In this document: piece by piece, positions 19,911 to 34,039 of the stretch
How the letters are laid out: the number at the start of each line of letters is the position of its first letter
Position numbering within the stretch: the first letter of the stretch is position 1
Origin: Prorocentrum cordatum
Taxonomy: Eukaryota
Length of the DNA: 43,601 nt
Reading direction: 5' to 3'
NCBI GenBank assembly: GCA_963575745.1
Contig: CAUYUJ010000226.1
Location: 620,001 to 663,601 of the forward strand
Notes under the pieces: model-generated
Told to the model about the DNA's origin: nothing
What the model saw: the letters and a program-made list of their open reading frames with translations, nothing else
Database searches by the model: none
Made by a program: the position numbers and the translations under genes

Positions 19911-21050
19911 TCTGGTTTGAAACGAATACGCGGAGCGGCGTGCCTCCAACGGGGGCGAGGCGATCGCAGCCCTTTGGTTCGTCGCGGAGCGGCGCCCCGC
20001 TAATGGCAGCGAAGCATTCGTAGTCCCCGGGCCTGGGACACATTAGCGGAGCGGGGCTCCGTTGATGGTGGCGAAGCGGCCGACGTCATTTGGGCGGGGG
20101 GAATTTAGCTGAGCGGCGCGTTGTTGATGGGGGCGAGGCGATCGTAACTTTTGGATATGAGACGCACGAGCCATAAGCGGATTGGCGCTTCGCTGGCGGG
20201 AACTTAGCAATCTGCCATCTTCGCGGTTTTAGGCCAATTAGCGAAGCGGCGCTCCGCTAACGGGGGCGAAGCAATGTTTATTCCGTTGGAAGCAAAAGAG
20301 CTGCGCAGCGCATCGCTAATGAAAGCGATGCAATCGCAATATGTTGGCCCGAGGCCAATTAGCGCAGCGGCGTTCCGCTAACGGGGGCGAAGCAATGGGG
20401 GCCCCGTGGTTCAAGACAGATTCGCGCAGCGGCGCTTCGCGAATCGGAGCCGAGCGACCGCGGCCCTGTAGTCTGAGGCAAATTAGCGGAGCGGCGCTCC
20501 GCTAATGGGAGCGAAGCAATCGCACCCCCCTGGCCCGATGCCAAGTAGCAGAGCGGCGTTCCGCGAAGCAATCGTCATCTTCTGGTTTGAATCAGATTCG
20601 CGAAGCGGCGCGCCGCTGACGGGAGCGAGGCGATTGCACCCCTTTGGTTTGTCGCGGGGCGGCGCCCCGCTAATGGCAGCGAAGCGTTCGTAATCCCCGG
20701 GCCTGGGAGAGATTAGCGGAGGGGGCTCCGTTGATGGGGGCGAAGCGGTCGACGGACTGAGGGAATTTAGCTGAGCGGCGCGCTGCTGATGGGAGCGAAG
20801 CGAGGTTTTTTTTTTTGGTCTGCGACTCATAAGCCATTAGCGGAGCGGCGCTCCGCCAACAGGAGCGAAACGATTGCAACCCCTTGGTTCGGCACCAGTT
20901 GCGAAACGGCACCTCGCTAATTGGAGCGAAGCACCTGGTTCGAGGTCGCGCAGCGACGCTCCGCTAATGGGAGCGAAGAAGGCCATGCCATGTCGTTGCG
21001 CATTTTTCGGGCCGATTCGCGGAGCGTGGCTCCACTAATTTTGCGCGGAA
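19911..21050. repeat. array of ~19 palindromic ~38 bp repeats with variable spacers (~60 bp period, 670 bp higher-order repeat)
   Basis: Consensus attagcggagcggcgctccgctaatgggagcgaagc (best copy 20482-20517); 19911 onward is collinear with 20581 onward. Confidence 0.85.
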
Positions 21051-21249
21051 CATTCTGGCAACTGGGGCCGGGACCTTTGGCGCAGGATCGAGGACCGAGG
21101 CTCAGAGAGTTGGGCAAAGGACCCAGACCAGCGAGACGGTTGCGGATATATGCGTTGCAAGATGTTGAGCGTAATTATCCCAGTGCGACCCTACCTAGGA
21201 GTTCGAGCCTCCAGGAAAGCATCATTCGCAGCAGCAGCAGCAGTGGCTG

Positions 21250-21700
21250 CTGTGCTGCGCTATGCTATGCTGCGCTATGCTATGGTATGCTGCGTATGAT
21301 TTGCTAGGCTATGGTATGAGATGCTATGCTGCGCTATGCCATGCTATGCTATGTTCGGCTATGATATGTTGCACTATGCTATGCTGCGCTGTGCTGTGCT
21401 ATGCTAAACAATGCTATGACATGCTATGCTATGCTGCGCTATGGTATTCTATGCTTTGCCATGCTATGCTTTGCTTTGATATGCTATGATATGATGTGCT
21501 AATGTTGCGCTGCGCGATGCTGCGCTAAACAAACCTAAGCTAGGTTAAACTAAGCTAAGCTAGGGTAGGCTGGGCTAAGCCAAGTCAAGCTAAGCTAAGC
21601 TAGGCTAGTTTGAGATGAGATAAGCTCAGCTAAGCTAAGCTAGGCTATGCTAGGCTATGCTTAGGTGAGCTAAGTTTAGCTTAGCTAAGCTACGCTGGGT
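21250..21700. repeat. degenerate (ATGCT)n then (AGCTA)n pentamer microsatellites
   Basis: Direct reading. Confidence 0.9.
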
Positions 21701-22595
21701 GAGCCCAGAGGGCGCAACTGGGGGAACCGCGGGGTGGATGCCGGGGGAACCGCCCGGGGCGGGTAACACTGCCCGGCCCCTTGAAGTTCTAAAGTAAGAA
21801 CACTTCTAGGCAGAGCCTAGGTAGGGAATCTACGCGTTGCAAACACGTTTGTCTGTATCTGAGTTGTCAACACCTTTGTTTTCGCGATCGTCTCACCCTC
21901 CCACCCGCGATCTATTTGGCAACACTCAGTTGGCCATGGCTTCGGTTGCCGATCGGCAGTTCCTCTCGCATTAGGGCGCGAATTTCGTGCGCAGGGCAAT
22001 CAGCTTGTTCGGTACAACTGCTGCGGCCGCGATGGCGCTTACCAATGGGAGCCTCGTGGCGCGTCTCGAGGAGTGCGTTCGCGCACGGGCACGTCAATGC
22101 GGGTCGGTGACCCGGGCGGGCGCGGTATCATGATGACTGTAGACAGCGGTGGCAACGATGATGACCATTGCAATGGCGATGGCGACGGCAAGGGCACGGA
22201 CGGCGTCGAAGCGAGTGACGACGACGATGACAATGATATCCACGCGTTGGCGGTAAAAAAAGTGATGCTTCTGATGGTGGTGATAACGGCGGCGATTCCC
22301 GCCTTTTCTCGCGTGCGCAAGGTTGTGTGAAGGTAAGCACAATATGCATTGCGCGTGCACGTGCGTGTGTCGAGAAGTATCAAACAAGAGGGAGGGAGTG
22401 GGAGTACGAGAGAGAGAGAGAGACAATGAGAGAGAAGGAGAGAGAGAGACATATATATATATATATATACATATATATATGGGGTCATGCCCATAATGGA
22501 CATGTAATCAGAAGTGGTCGTGACCGCGGTGATGGCGGAAAGGGCGGTGGTAGCCGTGGCGGCACTGGCGGTGTTGAGTGTGGTCGCGGGAGTGA

Positions 22596-22636
22596 TTAGA
22601 ACCTAAGCGCGCGCGAAACGCGCGCGTGGTTCTAGT
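22596..22636 (+). repeat. ~40 bp CTAG-type GC hairpin, copy 4
   Basis: ttagaacctaagcgcgcgcgaaacgcgcgcgtggttctagt followed by (TA)n. Confidence 0.85.
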
Positions 22637-23647
22637 ATATATATATATATATATATTGGAATGGACTACCATGGCTGTCCAACCGCGGCAGGAGTTTGGG
22701 GAGGGTCGGCCACGCCACGCGCCGAGGGATAGGCAATGCCGGGGTATTTAATTGCATTGCGCTGCAGCCCAGGGTAGCAGCGCCTTTCACGCAGCAGAAT
22801 CCAGCGAGCTGCAGCCCAAGGTAGCAGCTCATGTACAGCGCTGGCCGCTGCATCCCAGGCACTTTCTACTCATTCTTTTCTGACTGCTGCCGATGCGGCA
22901 GCTGTGCATCTCGGCAATCGTCTTGCTCAAGTCGCTCTGTCCCTGTTCAGATTATTTTCTACGGCGAGGCATTCCTGTCATGTTCGAGCATCCGCTGACC
23001 AGCCGACTCTGGCATACTGCAGAAATGTGCGAGCTCTCCCATTGTAAGCATGTCTTTTTTTGAGTCGAGCGCGCCGAGGCAACCCCGAGGGTAGGCAAAA
23101 TGTGCCACGCGCGCGAGGCGGCGCGCGCATGTTCACCGCATCGATCTTCGCGAGAAGGTTTTTTGTTTATAAAAAATACAGCAAGCCTTATATCGACGCA
23201 CGTACACCGCAATCTGTTAGTTGCGGGCGGTGGCGGGGAGGGGGAACATATGGCCGTCAGGCCACAGTGTTATTCGACATCCAGGGTCAAAACAGACGAC
23301 CATCCATAACACGTTTTGAGATCGCAGCGCGGATAACAACACATTGTGCGGATAGGTCAAAAAGGGGTGAGGGAGTCGAGTGCTACTCAGCTGGGGAGTG
23401 GGATTTGGCTACGTGGTGCACGCGTGCACGCCGCAACGTGAAATCTACAAGACGCAGCCCATGGCGTGCCACCGAGCGACAATCTGGAGATGCCAGCCCG
23501 CGCCCGAAGCCTGGCACGAGGCAGCCACGGTCGCCCACCGAGCGAGCATCCGCAGGTACCGGCCCACCGATCAAAAACAAACTCGAGAGCCCAGCGCAGG
23601 CACTGCACGGGGAATGTGGAACAGAGGAGGAGGAGGTACCCACACCT

Positions 23648-23770
23648 CTGCCCTTCCCTCGTTGTCACCTTCCTTCGGGCCTCCTGGGAGGCCCGCGTCG
23701 CCACCGCCGGATTCGCTTCGAAACACTGGGCAGAACGCACCCTGGGAGAGGTCCTGGGAGTAGGGGCATC
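23648..23770. repeat. dispersed repeat; second copy at ~42522-42645
   Basis: ctgcccttccctcgtt...gggcctcctggg...gtcgccaccgc...gggagaggtc is shared by both loci. Confidence 0.75.
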
Positions 23771-25100
23771 GGTATCTCTTCGTTTCCTCAGATGATGTCG
23801 AGGGACAAGAAGTGGCTTCGACAAATACGCTCGGAGATTCGCGCGGTTGTCTGAAGGTACGTTGGGACCCCATGGCGGTGCTTCCCGCGCTCCGCGCGCC
23901 AGGGAGGGTTGCCCAGCGCAGATCCGAGACATCCACGTGGACCTCTGGACCTGTTTTTTTGTTTGTGATTCGTCTTTCCTCCAGGAATGCATGCATCCCG
24001 TGTGACCACCCCCTCAAAGGAGCAGTGTGGTGGTGGCGAGGCCCTTCGCACCGCGGCGGCAGCAGAAGCTCGCCGCCGCTGCTCCACTGTACATAGCGAC
24101 GATCTGGCGAGGGAGCGCTGCCTCGCAGAGACTCTGCTACTCCTCCTCCTCCTCCTCCCTCCTCCTCCTCCTCCTCCTCCTCCTCCTCCTCCTCCTCCTC
24201 CTCCTCCTGCTCCTCCTCCTCCTCCTCCTGCTCCTCCTCCTCCCTCCTCCTCCTCCTCTTCCTCCTCCTCCTCCCTCCTCGCGAGGGTGGCTTCGTCTGC
24301 AGACCGGCTAGCCGTGTTCTACGTAACGGCGTGATTGGTCTCGGCATTGTAAATGATGTACCGTGGGGCTGGTCTGTGGCCAAACCATTTCAAGAACGCG
24401 TGGTTTGTGCGCTCTTACACTTCGCGGGGTCGTGTTCGTTCGGTACAGTTTGATATTTGAACTGTGTGAACGCGTGGTTCGTGACTTTCAACACTCGTTT
24501 CTACGCGCGCTCGGTGTCACAGAAACCACATTCACAATCACGCTGTTAACCTATAACGCCGTTAGCCTCGTCCATGAGCTCTCAATGAGTCGCGACACAT
24601 CGGCTCGATCGTTTGGGATCATGATGATGGGCGCCTTGACGTGCCAACCTCCTTTCACAGACCCGCACCAGCATGGAGCGGAAGGACATATCTCGGGTGT
24701 CGGGAGTTCCACGCTGGGGAGTCATACAGATGCAGTGGGCCATGCGCATGATGGGCTACATGGGGCTGGCCGTACAAGTGGACCGTACGGGGGACCATGC
24801 AGCCGCCCCGCAGACGGTCCCGTCCGTCTCCTTGCCTCCTCTTCCCCTTCGCCCCTCCTCCTGTCAATTATTCTCCTTCACAGCCAAAGCCTTTGCAGAA
24901 GGAGCTCCAAATTCAGAAGGGCTGACACCAGGAACGCGGCAAACAGAACGAATCACCTTCCTGGCGCCAGAAGCGCCTGGGTGTACGAGGAGGGCCAGCG
25001 GAACAGCCACGGAAGGACCTGAAGAACAGCAAGCCCTTTCTGGGCCCAAAGCGGCCACCAGCGTCCCGATTGTGGGGAACGCAGCCCCTGCCTACGGCAC

Positions 25101-25350
25101 GTTCGCGTCGTGTCGACCGGCGGCGACCCCGCCGTCGGCGTTCGACGTCGAACGCCGCCGGAAATCCAGCATCTGTCGAGATTGAACGGTCTGCCGTTTC
25201 GGAAACGGCCGATCGGCCGATCGTTCCACTCCCGCGGTGTCAGGAGCCGACGCCGAGGTTTCGGCACGGCACGAACCTGCCGTACGCAGCGCCAACTTCT
25301 CTCCTCCCTGGGCGCTGTCCACCGAACAACTGCCGGCCCGGCACGCTCGT
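25101..25350. repeat. dispersed ~250 bp repeat; second copy at ~31220-31467
   Basis: gttcgcgtcgtgtcgaccggcggcgaccccgc...cacgaacctgccgtac...ccggcacgctcgtg is collinear in both. Confidence 0.85.
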
Positions 25351-25734
25351 GCGCTCGGCGCGGCCTCACGCAGATCCGCTGCCGAGGGCGCAGTGGCCCT
25401 GCACGGGCTCGAGCCAGCGCCGGAGGCGGCACCGCGCGCACCTGCCGCGGCCCGTGCGCTTCCCCGAGGAGGGCTCGGCGGCCGCCGCCCTGCGACGGGC
25501 AGGGGGGCTCGGCGGGCCTCCGGACCTCCCACGGGGGGGAGGGGCCGCGGAGGGCGCTCTGCGGCGGTCTCCCTTGGTCAGGGGACGCCCAAGGCTCAGT
25601 CTGCGGTGGACTTGGCATTGCTCCGACGTGTGCATTGTTCCTTTGGCGAGGACGATCTAAGAGCACCCTTGATCATGTGGCAGAAAAACCACGCACGACA
25701 CAAAAACACAGGGAATGGACGTCCGAGCGATGGC

Positions 25735-25896
25735 CAGTGGAAGTCCATGCCAAGAAACGCCCTGCTTGCCTCCAGGGTGCCCTGGGTTTCCTGGGCTTCG
25801 ATAGCGTGGCGTTCCCACACTAAAGATTATCAATGGTCGTCCTGGGGTCTCAGGGTTGGGTTTCTTGTGGAAGGTTTCTTGTGGTCGAGCTCCTGG
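25735..25896. repeat. dispersed repeat; second copy at 27446-28079 is split by a microsatellite
   Basis: ccatgccaagaaacgccctgcttgcctccagggtgccctgggtttcctggg and gtggaaggtttct.gtggtcgagctcctg are shared. Confidence 0.85.
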
Positions 25897-27540
25897 CATC
25901 GCTCGCGAGTGTGCATTCTTTTCTCGGCGAGGGCCATGGAGGAGCATCCTGGATCACCCTGGGAGAAACAACGCGCACGGAACCAACATGCACGTGGAGT
26001 GGGCGTCCGAGCGATGGCGAGCTGCGGCTACGCATATCTGGCTCAGTATGCCTCCTCCTCGACTCGGATTCGATGCTAATTCCACGTGGATTCGCCTTCG
26101 GAGTCCGATCTGGATTTCGGTTGCTCAGTGGAGGCCTCAGTGGCCTGCCGGTTTCCGCCGATCCGATTATTGCGGGATCGATTCCGGGCTCTCGCAGGGC
26201 GAGGCAAAGTTGCTCGCTCTGCGCACTCGAGGTCTCGCCGAGTGCGGCGACAGTTTCACCTGCTTTATGATGTAAGTGTCTTTTGAATGTCATTGTTCTT
26301 TTTGTGAACTTGTACCTCTTTCGCCCTCGTCTCGCAGCAGGCGACTGTTCTCCCCAAACCCCCGACTTCTCCAAGAAAATGAAGCCGCTCAGAGAAGGAG
26401 GGAAACTTTGGAATACACCCCCAGGGGGGCATTTCGACGCACCCCTATCGAGGATGCACCCCCCCCCTTTGTATTTTCCAGGGTTGGGTCCCAAATTCTT
26501 GGCCCAGTCGAAAACACCTCCCAGAGCCTGGGATAGGGGTCGACATACCTCCTGTTACCTCAGCCAGCGCATGGCGCATGGGGCGGCAACGTGCGGCCAA
26601 CACACGGGAAAAAGGCTGGCCTGCGCACCGCACGAAAGGCGGCGACGGATGCGGCCACGGGCGCCCCTCACGGGCGAACACCCAGCAGCGCCAGAGAAGT
26701 CTCGACCTGGGCCCATCCAGGATCGATGCTCAGGCGGGTTGTCTTGATCATCACCCGGGGTGCGGGGAGTAGCGGTATGGGTACCTCCCGGTTTCCCTAT
26801 AGCAGGGAAGTGCAGGAGCAAGCAGTGGAGCAAATGGGTGGGACAGCCGTCACACCGAAGATCGGGATCAGCCTGAGCAGGCGCAGGAGTAATCACACGT
26901 GCCTTTTCGGAGCTGTCGAGGTGGGAGCCTCTTGGCAGCTCACGTTTGCCCATTTGAGACCTGTTGTGCTCTCTCGGGGCCTTGAGACCATGTCGGGGGC
27001 CATCGATCAAAAAGAGGGCGGCGCCTACGCCAGCCTTCCCATCGGACGCCTGAGAGTCGCCTCTTGGAGCCCTCTTGGGTCCCTCCTGGTGCGCTCGTTG
27101 GCCCTCCAGGGGGCCTTTTTTCTGATACCTTGGAGCAACAATTGTGAGGCCTCCAAGGCCGATCGGAAGCGAAACGGCGAGAGCCCAACCAGCATTGAAT
27201 GCCTCTCGGGGAGGGGTCCTTGGAAGGCCCCGTGGCCACTTGGAGCCGTCTTGGAGCCGTCTTGGAGCCTTTGGGAGGCAGGGCTGGACCTAAACGGTGT
27301 TTTGGCGATTTCGTGGGCCGTTTTCGTTTCGATGTCGTTTTGCGGTAAAGGCTGATTGAAGACAAAACGAGGGAAAACGAACACACAACGAAAACAAACA
27401 ACACCGTTTAGGTTCAGCCCTGCTAGGAGGTAAGGTGAGAGGCTACAGTGGAAACCCATGCCAAGAAACGCCCTGCTTGCCTCCAGGGTGCCCTGGGTTT
27501 CCTGGGTTTCGATGGTTTTGCGATGGAAAGCGTGACGCCC

Positions 27541-28000
<460 letters not shown>

Positions 28001-28454
28001 CAAAAAAAAACAAGCCCATGGACTTCCTGGGCTTCAGACTTGGGTTTCTGGTGGAAGGTTTCTCGTGGTCGAGCTCCTGCTGTATCTGGAGCCATCGTGG
28101 GGCTACCTTCAGGTCGGGCGCGTCCCTCTCTACAGGAGGAATAGTCAAAAATAGTCAAACAATAGTCTGGCGACGATTGCTTTGGCATTTTTCAGCATCG
28201 TTGAATCTTGTATGTTTTGTCTTTTGCTTATTTTTCTGCCAGAATCCGCCTGTAGGGGGACGCGCCCGACCTCAGGGCATCCTCTGCCGTCCTGGAGGGC
28301 ACCCTCGGCGGACGGGGGGTCGCCGTGGAGCCGGCCCGGGCCATCCCGGGCTCTCCAGCGGCCCAGCGGGGGAGGGCTGCAGGCCCTGGGAGCGCTTCGA
28401 GCGGGGCCGGGTCTCCAGGGACGGGGGTGGATGCAAGCGGGGTCAGGCAATCCC

Positions 28455-28943
28455 TTCCTCCTCCTCCTCCTCCTCCTCCTCCTCCTCCTCCTCCTCCTCC
28501 TCCTCCTCCTCCTCCCTCCTCCTCCTCCTCCCCCTCCTCCTCCTCCTCCTCCTCTCCTCCTCCCTCCCCTCCTCCCCTCCTCCTCCTCCTCCTCCTCCCT
28601 CCTCCTCCTCCTCCTCCTCCTCCTCCTCCTCTCCTCCTCCCTCCTCCTCCTCCTCCTCCCTCCTCCTCCTCCTCCCTCCTCCCTCCTCCCTCCTCCTCTC
28701 CTCTCCTCCCTCCTCCCTCCTCCCTCCTCCCTCCTCCCTCCTCCTCCTCCCTCTCCCTCCTCCTCCTCCCTCCTCCCTCCTCCTCCTCCTCCTCCCTCCT
28801 CCTCCTCCTCTCCTCCTCCTTCTCCTCCTCCTCCTCCCTCCTTCCTCCTCCCTCCTCCCTCCTCCCTCCTCCTCCTCCTCCTCCTTCTCCTCCTCCTCCT
28901 CCTCCTCCTCCTCCTCCTCCTTCCTCCCTCCTCCCTCCTCCTT
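28455..28943. repeat. (CCT)n microsatellite
   Basis: Direct reading. Confidence 0.97.
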
Positions 28944-30933
28944 CAGAGCGCCCGATCTTGCAGGATCCTGCAGGGCCAGGGTCGCACTGACCGGGGCTTG
29001 GGCGCAGGATCCTGCAGGATCTTGCAGGATCCTTCGCATTGACCCGGGTTTGGGTGCAGGATCCTGCAGGATTCTGCAAGGTTTGATTGACCCCGGTCTG
29101 AATTGACCCAGGTCAGAAGATCCCCGACAGGGGGTCGACTGCAGAATTGACTTGCCCCGAAATTGATCTCCTCGTCGAATCTACAAAAAGACGTATCCTT
29201 TCTGCTCGTGGATTGGGCGAAGTCGTGGATTCGGCGAAGAAGGAAATTCTGGGGTAAATCCGTCGATCCCCTTCTCGATAGCTGCTCCCCAGAGTGGAAT
29301 AGACAGGCTGGAATGCGTGGCTTGCTAGACCACCTACGCCCAGAGGGCAAGGTGGACTACTGAGCAACACGAGTAAGAGAGCCTCGGCGCAAGCATTGGT
29401 CGGAAAGTCTCAATTGTAAGAGTGCGGCGTTCTACGGACAGCGCCGTGTCCACTTGATGAACACGTGGGGTGTAGGCTTGCTCATGGACTCGCTCGGCGC
29501 ATCTGCTGACGTCGTTTTCTTGCATCTCCTCAGTGTGGGTACACGTTTCGAACAGACACCTGGGCGTTGCTATCTTCGCAAGCGTCTGCATTGTCTGTCG
29601 GTTTCTGGGAGGTCCAGCGTAGCGCCGCGGTCTTACGCAACCCCATACTCATCTCCTCCCTGGGCGTTGCCAACAGAACAACTGTCGACACGTTCGTGGG
29701 CTCCTGGGAGGTCCAGTTGAGTGTAGTCTTATGCAGACAGAAACCCAGAGATTCAACGCCTTGATTTGTCAAATATGGTGACCCCCGATGTCCAGACCCT
29801 TTCCGCAGGACGGGTGTTGCATCCTGAGATTAGTTTGTCGGTCCCGGGGCCCAGCGAGGCCCCCAGAGTCAGAAATTTGCATACTTCGGGTCTCAGGGAA
29901 AGAGTTATCCCCTCCCTGGGTGCTGTCAACTGACAAGCTGTCGCCACTTTCGTGAATTCTTGTGGGGGTGGGTTCTGCGGAGAGCGGTCCTTCGCAGACC
30001 CAAACCATTTTACGTCCTTCCTGGTGGCTGCCAGCTGAACGGTATTCGGCTCTTCCGCGAGCGTTTGGGAGGTTAGCGGAGTGCGGTCTCACGCATACCG
30101 CATACCCATATTGATACATGTATATGCATCTATCTATATGTTTGTGTATAAATATAGATGTGTATATATGTAGATATAGTCATCTCGCTGGAAGTTGATA
30201 ACTGCGCAACTGCCGCGCTCGTTTCAGCTTCTTGGGGTTCCATCAGAGTGCAGTCTTACGGAAACCCAGACCACCAGTCCTTTGCTCGGGCGTTGCTAGG
30301 TGCGCAGCGCTGGCATCAGCCTGAGTTTCGGGGAGGTCCACCAGAGTGCGGTCTTGCGCGGTCCGGGAGTGAGAACCCTCCGCGGGCGCTGCCCATTGAC
30401 CGATTACCTGTTGAGTACATTCCTGGGCCAGGTCCCCTCCCTTCCTGTGGAGCTGCGCGCAGGAACCTGGCAGTAGTATGTTCTGGTCGTCGGTGCAACT
30501 TTGGAGGTGTCGGCGCGTCGCCCATGACGGCAAGCTGGCCCCAAACAGACGTTGCAGATTGAGAAAGGAAGTGGCAGGCTTCCCGGGCGCCCTGCGCCCC
30601 GACCCTCCAGACCTGGCCCCCCAGGAGGAGGAGGAGGAGGAGGAGGAGGAGGAGGAGGAGGAGAGAGGAGGGAGGGAGGAGGAGGAGGGGGGGAGGAGGA
30701 GGAGGAAGGAGGAGGAACGGAGGGAGGGAGGAGGAGGAGGAGGATACTCAGCTGATCTGCACTTTTGAGAAGCTCCTGGGAGGTGCAGCGGAGTGCGGTC
30801 CCGGACGGGTCCAAGCTGTTGTAGGCCCCTCCCTGGAATTGACGGCTGCGCCTCCTCCCTCCTCCTCCTCCTCCTCCTCCTCATCTCCTCCTCCTCCTCC
30901 TCCTCCTCCTCCTCCTCCTCCTCCTCCTCATCC

Positions 30934-30993
<60 letters not shown>

Positions 30994-32129
30994 CCGTTCG
31001 GCTCATTCGCAAGCCCCTGGGGGATTCTGCGGAGTGCTGTCCTACGGGAGTTTCGAATCGTGTCGACCAATGGTCGATCATCGTCTCCCGATCTTTTGCT
31101 CTTTCTTCTCCGTCATCCTCCCTCTCGATCGGGCATCGATCTTGAAGCCTGGGTATTGAACTGGGAATGGTTTTTGCTACGGATCTCAAATCATGGGCAA
31201 AGTTGGATCCGTACGGTAGGTTCGCGTCGTGTCGACCGGCGGCGACCCCGCTGCCGGCGTTCAACGTTAAACGCCGCCAGCGACCCAGAATCGGCCGATG
31301 TTGAACGATCAGATGTTTCAGAAACGGCCGATCGTTCAAGGTTAAATGTTCCCCGCGGTGTCAGGAACCAATGCCGAAGCCGACACGACACGAACCTGCC
31401 GTACCCAGCTCCAAACTATCCACCTCTTTGGGCGTTGCCAACTGAACAATTGCCGGCACGCTCGTGAGCTTATGGGATGTCCATCGGAGGGCGGTCTTAC
31501 GCAGTTCCGCTGCCAATTGCGCAGCACAATTGCTGGCACTTGTTAGACTTCAACATGTGCCGGCAATTGTGCTGCTCCAGCAGTTGGAGCCGCTTCCGGG
31601 AGGTCCGCCGGAGTGCCGCCTTGCGCAAGGCCTGCCTATCAGTCTCATTCCTGGGCGGCGTCAACCCAACATTCGCGTCCGTGGAGGGGGAGAAAGAGGT
31701 GCAGGGGTCTTGCCGCCTACCGCCATTTTGCGGGAGGTTGCAGACGCAACGTGTGGTGGACACCACGCCATTTGTATCTGAATGTACACGTGCCGAGTTG
31801 ATTCCTTGCACCACCTAAAAGGAACATGTGGTTTTTTGTTCATACTTCCTCCGATTCATCCTGCTCCAGCTCCTGCTCTGTCGCATCGTTCTCTTGCGCG
31901 GGGTCCGCTCTCGTGTTCCTTCTGCGCTGCCCTCTCTCACAGTTGACGTCCTACGCGTACGAACTCGCGCGCAAACACACGCACACACACGCGCACACAC
32001 ACACATACTTGCTTTAGCGTCGCGGCGCGGCGCAGTGAAGGTCCAGCGGAAGTGAGACGCGTGCGGGCTGGCCCAGATCAAGTTGATCATGCGGCGTGGA
32101 TATATTGGATGTACACACCCACACACAAA

Positions 32130-32335
<206 letters not shown>

Positions 32336-33789
32336 CACTTTTTGCGTCGGCGGCTGGTCAGATATTACTGCCCCGGCGTTGTGGCATTAGTGGGGCGCAC
32401 AACATGCTTTTTTTTACGCTTCGCGTATCTCCACGAGCCTCTCGGTGGCAGGGGGCAGTCGTCTGAAATAGTCCCCCCCTGCACGCCGCTCGGCCGGTGC
32501 CTAGGCCTAGTTTGCAGCTTCAGCTACGGTGCGTACGGCTGCGGCACATGAACCCCCCCATGAGGCGCGTCCGACGCTGGCACACTCCAGCTGGGACCGC
32601 ATCGGCGAGGTTCTGCCACCCCTTCTCGATGTAATGGTGCTTCGCGCCGGTTAGCTGCACCCCCCTCATGCGCAGATGTTCTCGGCGTGCAGCAGCTATC
32701 AAGTTACTTGTGTCTTGCGGCGGTGTGTCTTGCGGCGGTTAGCTGCGCCCCCTTTTCCACTGTGAAGGTGCTCTCCGCGGGTTGCACGCACCCCTGGACA
32801 CACCGGATGACTGGAAACGTCCCCCGGCGCTGCTGCGGGCTGGCCGCGGTGTGGGACGGCTCGCCTCCCGCCGCTTCGGCCCGGTGGGTGTCCCCCACTG
32901 TGCCTCAGGGGTTCGCCCGCGGCGGCCGTGGAGGCCATGTCGGAAGGCCCGTCGGACAGGCAGCGCTGAGGTCCCCCCCCCCCCCACTGGCCGACCCACA
33001 GCGTTGTCCGCGGCTGGCATCGGTGGGCCTCTCCGCGGCAGGACGGCACTGTGGTGTTCGGGCAGTCGCTGGCGTCCACTGGCAGTGGGAATTGTGTGCC
33101 CGAAGGCCTTGCTCTGACTGTTGCAGCCTTGTACAGCCTGCGTTTCGCGCATCGTCGCATTCACCCCGGGCCCATTCGACGCAGGCGCCGGACTCGATGC
33201 GATGGGGCCGCTGGCCCCCTTCAACTGAGCGGTGGAGTCTGACGGCTGCGCGCTGAGTGGCTCAGCCTTCCGCGCTCGCTCTGCCTCTTGTTTTTCACCG
33301 CCGGCAGCCCAGTTTCCCGGGCTCGTGTCTCTTAGCTCGCCGGGCTGGCTGCTTGGAGTTTGGCGCCGCACCGGCGACTTACTCCGTTGCACTCGCACCC
33401 GCGGCCGCTTGTACACCTTGGTTTACTGGGCTGCGCCTAGGTGCGTCTGCTGGTGAATGCAGAGCATTTTGTTCAGTGCGTGTGCAAGTGCGCGCTTGTT
33501 GTGCAGATACGATCCGGCCTGCCAACGTGGCGGTTGGGGTCGCCAATTCGCTTTGTGCCGCCCGCCCCAGACATTGCCCCTCGCCGCCAGACCGTTTTCG
33601 CGCGGCCGCAGACCAAAAAAACAAGTATCTCCACGAGCCCATCCAGAAATCGACGCCATGGCGAGTAGAAGCGACGCCCTGGCGAGTAGAGGTGACCAGG
33701 GAATTGCAGGAGCAAAGAGGGAGGCAGCCGATATCGTTGGCAGGATGAGGAAGAAAAGGAGGAGGAGGATAGATGATGGAGGGTGGAGG

Positions 33790-33980
33790 ATGATGACATA
33801 CAGGCATACGATGATGATGATGATGCTGATGATGATGGTGATGGTGATGATGCTGATGCTGCTGGTCATGATGATGATGATGATGATGATGATGAGTACG
33901 ATGATGAGGATGAGGATGATGATGATGAGGATGAGGATGAGGATGGTGATGAGGATGAGGATGAGGATGGCGACGAGGAG
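33790..33980. repeat. degenerate (GAT)n tract
   Basis: Direct reading. Confidence 0.95.
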
Positions 33981-34039
33981 GGCTTCTTTGAACGACGACG
34001 AGTTTCTCTGGCCTGAGGAGCAACACGGCGAACTTGAGG

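Noticed and set aside
19929..21050. True CRISPR array
   Set aside because: Repeats are degenerate, spacers recur with a 670 bp period, there are no cas genes, and the context is eukaryotic.
24957..25018. Candidate short host exon on the minus strand (ttcag|G...AAG|gtga); similar candidates near 2590-2780
   Set aside because: Splice-like signals alone are common and I could not chain the candidates into a recognisable protein; needs RNA-seq.
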